Source: Eledone cirrhosa (lineage: Eukaryota). From it: a DNA stretch of 64,000 nt. The stretch is taken from contig OZ024740.1 of assembly GCA_964016885.1 (NCBI GenBank), forward strand, positions 356,438,001 to 356,502,000, given 5' to 3'. Numbering within the stretch: the stretch's first letter is position 1; every line of letters begins with the position of its first letter. Positions 57,328 through 64,000 of this stretch are shown one piece after another. Below the pieces are notes generated by a model. The model made no database searches, was not told the DNA's origin, and saw only the letters and a program-made list of their open reading frames with translations. Made by a program: the position numbers and the translations under genes.

Positions 57328-57388
<61 letters not shown>

Positions 57389-59222
57389 TATGTATATGTA
57401 TGTGTGTGTGTATGTACTAAGAGTGAGAAATGAAATTTCTTTTTTTTACATTTATATATATATATATATAAGAGTGGTGTATGTGTTCGTGTGTGATTGT
57501 CCTGTATGTTTTTGTGTGTCTTTGCAAAGAAGCCTCAACATCATCATCTCCATAAATCAATTAACCAAATGAAAAATTAATAAAACAATGTGGTTCATGT
57601 TCTAATCTTTACAGTTTGTGTGTACACAAAGAACGCGCAAAATTCGGACTACTACTAGACGGTTAGGATGTGAAATAGTAGCTTCTCGTTGCACAGATAT
57701 ATCTTTGATGACGCCAGAAAAATCAATACAAGAGCGCTGATGATAACAACCTCTCAATGAAGCAATATGTAAATATTATTTGGATTCTATGTGACACAAA
57801 ATTATAAGCTACCTCCACGTGATAATGTGATGATACCGTGATGAATGGATAAAAGAGACACTTTGTTTGGAAACGAGTATTTACTATTTGAAGGAAAATA
57901 TAAAAGTTCGCACAGATTGAATAGTTAATACAAGAGTATAGCATTTTTTAAATATTCTATCTTTCAATTATGTTATTTAAGATATTCAAATATTTACTGA
58001 ATACATTTAGGCATATGAAATACCACACTATGGTGTTTCATCCTACCAGCAGAGCTATTGTGAGTTACTTCATTTGAGAATGTATCAGAATAGAGTAGAA
58101 AGCATGTTAAAGAGGAATGGAAATTTCATTCATCGCCAATATTCGCTGATATATTATACCTGTTAAGATAATATTGATTATTTTGACTAACTACAGCCAC
58201 AATTTTCGCACAGTAAGATTTTAGTCGATCTAATGTCATTTAGTCTGACGTGAAATATCTATCTTAGTTCTCATCCATTCCTATTCGACAAAATTAATAT
58301 CAGTAATGTGCACGAAAAACTATTTTTTCTAAAAATAGACAAGGATTGTGTGAATTGTAAATAACTCAATAAACATTTTAAATGTGTCTAATAGCAGTGC
58401 TATAAAGATACTGTTTTAATAAACCAGTAAGGGGAATTGTGGAGGGCTTTTAGAATTGTTAAGATGTTGCCCAGTTTTCAGATTCTTGTTACGATTCATT
58501 CCTTCAGGCACATATATTTAGTTGTATGTTTGTGAATTTTTGCGTCTCTGAAACTTTTAAGTTTCTGGGATGTCCCTACTACGCTTTGAAGTTCAGACCA
58601 CAATCATGGAGCGTGCAAAGAGCACACTTTCATTTGTATTCCTGCCTTTTATGTGTGATTTTCCTGACAATGGTTTAAAGCAGTCATCGGAAAACTGCAG
58701 CCTTTCTGATTGGCACGCCTAATTTCAAAACTGACTTGAATATTTTTATTAGTGCGGCCCGCCATAGTATGAAACACTCGAAAAAGTTTGTCCATGCCTG
58801 TTTTAAAGAATGTTTGGTGTGCTCGTTTATTTTATGTTCGGGTTTGGTGGTGAGGTCATTCTTGATGATGATAATGATGATGATGATGTTGATGATGACA
58901 TGGGTTTTGAATGTATCTAAAATAATATGTTATAGGTGTGATTTCAATAGTTGTATTGGAGAGTGTGACGTTGTTGAAGTCTTCGAGCCATGATTCTCTT
59001 TATTTTGTTCGTTGATGCTTTTCAATAAGATGGGTAGGGAGTTAAAGGAATGCTACGAGACTGACTTACCTTGGTGGTGGATAAGTACACTTCGTTGGCC
59101 ACTGTTGTAGATGGTGCAGCTGGAATAGCTAACATGGACGGGTATGCGCAAGGGTTGGTGGATGTAGGTTGTTTAGGATGCAGAGAACATTTTGAGTTTT
59201 GAGTTCATTGTATTATCTAGTG

Positions 59223-60972
59223 CAGGGGTTCTCAACCTGGTCCATGTGGACCACTAGTGGTCCACAGAAAATTTTCTGTGGACCACCTGAAAAATTTAAA
59301 TTCTTCCGTACACCCACACGTCACACAAACGAAACACGCCTAATCACACCTCGCACCTTCGAAATTATTGTATCATCAAAACCAAATCCATCCCGATTTA
59401 TATGGCAAGCCTAAGAAGTACTTCGAAGAATATCTTCGCATAAAAAAGCGTCATCTGCATCACTGAAAATGTTCCTATCCCATTCTAACAACAGTTCTGG
59501 TCTGCAAGCGTCCTATAACATTTCGCTCATGATAGCAAAACAGGGTCGCCCACATACCATTGGCGAAGATCTGATTAGGCCCTCAATACTTGAAGGATAT
59601 AAAGTTGCTAATGTGTCGAACGCTGCCTCAGTTTTAGCAACTATTCCACTTTCCAACAGCACGGTATCTTCCCGCATTTCTGAAATGGCTAAAGATGTCA
59701 AATCTACAGTTGTAGAAGAATTGCGACACTACAGATTTTCGTTGACGGTGGATGACAGCACTTTTGACAACCAATGTGTTGTGCTTGCTTTTGCTCGCTA
59801 TGTAAAAGGGACCACAGTTTGTGAAAACCTACTTTTTATGACAAGTGTACTGAACAGCACTGGAGAGATGATCTACAATGCAGTCATGGATTTTCTCACT
59901 AAAAATCACATTGATCCCCACAACATCATATCAATATGCAATGATGGATCAGCCTCTATGGTTGGAAAATCCCAGGGTTTTGTTGCAAGATGGAGAGAAT
60001 TTAATCACATCTTCACAAGATGTACTCCATCAAGAAAATTTAATTGCAAAAAAAATCGGAAGTTATACCTTTTCTGAAATCTTTAACACAATTGTTTCCG
60101 CAGTCGACAAGATCAAAAGATCTGGTCTTCGGGACAGGCTTTTCCAAGAAGCTTGTAAAGATGAAACGTTCAACCGTCTGTTGTATTCGACAGATATACG
60201 CTGGCTATCAATGGCAATCTGCCTTGGACGTTTTGTTGCACTCTTCGATAAAGTCATAGAATTTCTTCAACAGACTGATCCAATTATGACAGCATCATTT
60301 TCTGAGAAAAAACCCGCAATTTTGTACTTACATGAGATCTTTCAAAAACTAAATGATCTCAACCTTTCTTTGCAAAAGCAGAACATCAACGTTGTACGTG
60401 CCAAACACTTGATAAGGGCTTTCATGAATAAGCTCGTTCTATGGAAAATTCAAATTGAAGATCATAACTTTTCGCAGTTCGAGAGCTTAAAAACTGTTGT
60501 AATAGATAATGACTTGCACAAATCTATAATCGAGCATCTATCTTTCCTTCACGAAAACTTCAATAATTGTTTTGAAGATCTTTTGGCTTTAAATATCCCA
60601 ATTTTGGTGGATTCTCTTCACACAATGTCTATGAACGACATACTTGTTCAACCAGAATGTCTTCAGATGGAACTCTGTGAGGCGACGGTAGATGATAATC
60701 TGCGTAAATTTTCTGAACCTAACTGGGTCGAGGCATGGTTGAATCATTGTCAAGAATATCCAAAGCTGTTTGAACAAGTCGAGCCTTTCATAATAAATCT
60801 CCCTACATCTTACTTGGCTGAAAAGGGATTTTCCATTGTCCTCCACACATACACAAAGCAGCGGAGGCATTTGATCCTCGACAACAATGCCGATTTGAGA
60901 CTTCGCTTGAGCCACATAGAGCCGAGGATTTCTAAACTTGTGGATCAAAAACAAGCACAAGGGTCTCATTGA
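59223..60972 (+). mobile_element. hAT DNA transposon (Buster/Charlie-like) with a disrupted transposase
   Basis: 5' TIR CAGGGGTTCTCAACCT preceded by ATCTAGTG (NNNTANNN). Overlapping ORFs 59469-60077 and 59878-60972 contain PHTIGE.LI, PLSNSTVS.RI, DDST, DGSASM.G, LHQENL, RWLS, TSYLAEKGFS and QAQGSH. No 3' TIR seen. Confidence 0.9.
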
Positions 60973-62257
60973 CAGTTTTTTGACGTGTTGTCTGATGACT
61001 TGGCATAATTGTGTTGTCGTTGACATTTTAAATTCAATTCAATTTGTATTCCCTCAAACGTTTACACGACCTTTTGTACTGATCCCAACTTAAATCTTCG
61101 CATTTTTTTAACTTACCCTACACATTATCATATTTAAACTGTACAGCTTTCCATTTCATCTGAATGATAGGGGTGTTTTCCAGGACTCAGTAACCTTTTT
61201 CTACTCGATTCTATCAAATAAAGCTTTATTGATAAAACAGACATTTTCAAATTGGTTTTCGTATTGGTGTTCTCATTTGTTTGTTTTCTGTCGTCTTGGT
61301 GCTTAAAACATGTCCCTGAGGGGAACATTAAAGGAACTTTCATTGCAAAGTGAAAATGGTATTGACCAATCAAATCGATCTTACCAATTAGAAGTAGAAA
61401 CTTATTCTCAACATCAATGCTTCATATTTGTCGCTGAGATATGTAATCGAAAAAATTCAAAAAATATCGAATAAGTTATGCATTGGTTGGTGCAATAGCA
61501 AATTATTTTTTGATCCATTAGTGCCTTTTCTGTTTGAGTAACTATGGCCTCTTCAGCTCGTCGGGTCCGATGGGACACATTTTTTTTCTTTACGTTTTCT
61601 GCTAATATTTGCGGTAGCACCATTACTGCTACCTTCCTGCATTCGAATTTGATTATTTCTTTGGTCTGAACCAATTCGACAATTTTGTTTTCCAGTGTTA
61701 ATACAAACATTTTTTAATATCTGCATTTGCGAGGTCCGAGAACGTCTTTGTTGTTCTCTTGTTAGAGTAATTAATTTTTTCATTTGTTCTGTTGTTGCTG
61801 TTGTTTTTGTCACTGCTGTCGTTATTGTTGATATTCATGTTGTCGCTGGTGCTGTTTCTGTTGTTTATAGTTTTGATATAATTATATCAAAGAACCAACA
61901 AGAAACAAGTAAATAAACACATAAATAAATAAATAAATAAATAAACACACACATACACACACACGACAGTAATACGTGCGCAAACCAAGCACACATCACA
62001 CAACACACAAAAACAAGATAGTTTAGGACAGAATAAGAAATCAGTTTGAGAGGAGGTCACAGAATGTGTGACTTTAATAATATATAAACAACCATCCGGT
62101 TATTGAACCAACCAACCGGAAATGTATAACAAAACTGAAGTGTAAACCAAGAGATACGTGTTTTTATTGGCAACATAACCCTCCCAAAGTATAAAAATAT
62201 CTGTTTCAACACACCTTTTCAGATAAGAAATCTTGCAAAACCAATTCAAAAACGAAG

Positions 62258-62289
<32 letters not shown>

Positions 62290-62348
62290 TAGTCCAGAAT
62301 TAGCCGTCGAAACGGCTTGAGCTCAGCCGTCGGGGTCTTACTTGTTCC

Positions 62349-62411
<63 letters not shown>

Positions 62412-62540
62412 GAATGTAAATATAATGTATTTTGAATGCACTGTATGCTTAATTAAAAGCATTTTGAAGACCTTACGCTATTGTTTTAGAGTAGTGACAG
62501 CCTCACTTACTTTAAATTTTCAGCAAACAGGGGGAGATAA

Positions 62541-62585
62541 AGCTGACATAGCTCTGTTTCGTAGTATTTGGTACTTATCAAAGCT
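62541..62585 (-). ncRNA. Hammerhead with U3-A8 variant core (family F, slightly degenerate)
   Basis: AGCT-TTGATAA-GTAC-CAAATA-CTAC-GAAA-CAGAGCTATG-TC-AGCT. Confidence 0.6.
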
Positions 62586-62862
62586 AAGTACTCTACCTGT
62601 CTGCTGAAAATCATGAATGTTTGATTCTTATGGAATTCTAGTAATAATCAAGAACTGATTATATAGAGCGGTTGCCGGTCAAGCAGAAACTAAAAATTAA
62701 ATTGGTGCTCTGAAATAACGATATATATATATGAATGTAAATATAATGTATTTTGCAACACACTGTATGGTTAATTAAAAGCATTTTGAAGCCCTTACGC
62801 TATTGTTTTAGAGTAGTGACAGTCTCACTTACTTTAAATTTTCAGCAAACAGGGAGAAATAA

Positions 62863-62907
62863 AGCTGACAGATCTCTGTTTCGTACTATTTGGTACTTAT
62901 CAAAGCT
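62863..62907 (-). ncRNA. Hammerhead with U3-A8 variant core (family F)
   Basis: AGCT-TTGATAA-GTAC-CAAATA-GTAC-GAAA-CAG-AGAT-CTG-TC-AGCT; all three stems pair; GUC triplet. Confidence 0.75.
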
Positions 62908-62925
62908 AAGTACTCCACCTGTCTG

Positions 62926-62988
<63 letters not shown>

Positions 62989-63074
62989 GAAAGTTATATT
63001 TAAAATTGTTGGGTTACAACTAGTAAATATTTATAACTGATATAAAAGCACTCGACAAATATTTGGAGTATATT

Positions 63075-63419
63075 TACAATATTAAATAAATGGAAACTAT
63101 ATTTATAAAACCATATCTATTTCATTATATATATTTCGGGGATATCATATTAACAATATGCTATGTCTTCCTCAGACAAAATACAATATAAACAGTTTTA
63201 TAGATAAATAGATTTGACATACCATAATAACACCGACTTAACCTCTTCAAATGCAAGTCGGTGTTATTATGGTATGTCGAATCTATTTATCTATAAAACT
63301 GTTTATATTGTATTTTGTCTGAGGAAGGCATAGCATATTGTTAATATGATATCCCCGAAATATATATAATGAAATAGATATGGTTTTATAAATATAGTTT
63401 CCATTTATTTAATATTGTA
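63075..63419. repeat. Near-perfect palindrome (165-bp arms, 15-bp spacer) with a hammerhead in each arm
   Basis: 63075-63239 is the reverse complement of 63255-63419; ends in (TA)n. Confidence 0.95.
63311..63376 (+). ncRNA. Type I hammerhead ribozyme (family G); mirror copy at 63118-63183 on minus
   Basis: TATTTTGT-CTGAGGA-AGGCATAGCATATT-GTT-AATATGATATCCCC-GAAA-TATATA-TA-ATGAAATA. Confidence 0.8.
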
Positions 63420-64000
63420 TATATATATATATATATATAATAGTACAAATTTGGTATAACCCTTTAAGTACCGGTACATGTCACTGTTGTGACTAATTAT
63501 TTATAATTTCATTGAGCGTGGATTGTATTTACTTCCAGTGTAAGGTTAGAAAACCTTTACACTTTTGTATATTTTAATTATATATTGAATATTGATTGAT
63601 CGGTTTTATGTTGCAAACCAGCCCTTGCATATGTCTATGTATTTCTATATATATATATACATGTCTGAAAATGAATGGTGCAATTCTTTGTTGGCGCAAA
63701 TTCTAGTTGTTTGAATTCTGCCAACCAATCAGTGTGATCTTTCAACGACTGTCTGCTTCACTTTTGGAGTTCACGTGAAAGCACGATAGGTAATTGCTAA
63801 AATCGGAAAGCTTATCATCTCGCTAATCGTTTACTCCCAATAGATCGATATGTTATTGTCGAGCATCCTACTCATGAGTCGTCATTAGCCCAGATTCCAT
63901 AACATTTATCGATGTTACCTATTCGCCTGCATATGACAGTTCTAATAACTATTATAGGCGAATGATGGCGATGAAAAGAAATTCCGCCCGGGAAATAGAT

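Larger units (their letters stand above)
62412..62926 (-). mobile_element. Tandem about 320-nt monomers (about 1.6 units) with variant hammerheads; retrozyme-like (family F)
   Basis: 62412-62606 repeats at 62732-62926; flanked by (TA)n. Confidence 0.85.

Noticed and set aside
58564-58800. Possible hAT MITE (GTGCGGCCCGCC...AAAGTTTGTCCATGCCTG)
   Set aside because: The 3' end looks like a TIR, but a matching 5' TIR and TSD are not convincing.

Overview
AT-rich, repeat-dense eukaryotic (animal) DNA, not prokaryotic. The (TA)n/(CA)n/(GA)n/(TAA)n microsatellite load and the tRNA-derived SINE suggest a cephalopod such as Octopus, which is an inference. No convincing host gene is visible, and most ORF-track entries are microsatellite artefacts. 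Recognisable content is transposable elements: about 11 copies of one tRNA-derived SINE (several with TSDs), a cluster of R4/Dong-like (RT + restriction-like endonuclease) LINEs and a Tx1/L1-like LINE lodged in (TAA)n repeats (17.4-28.7 kb), Penelope-like elements with RT and GIY-YIG remnants, a decayed Tc1/mariner and a Buster-type hAT. The main signal, read by eye, is about 16 type I hammerhead ribozyme motifs (CUGANGA...GAAA...UH, mostly with short palindromic stem III) from about 7 families. They sit in non-coding elements embedded in (TA)n, arranged as tandem monomers (526 nt and about 322 nt, retrozyme-like) and as fold-back palindromes. One tandem pair carries a compensatory U3-A8 core. 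Head-to-head structures with a 3' end at both outer ends recur across Penelope-like, Dong-like and Tx1-like elements. Coordinates were counted by hand and may be off by a few bases.
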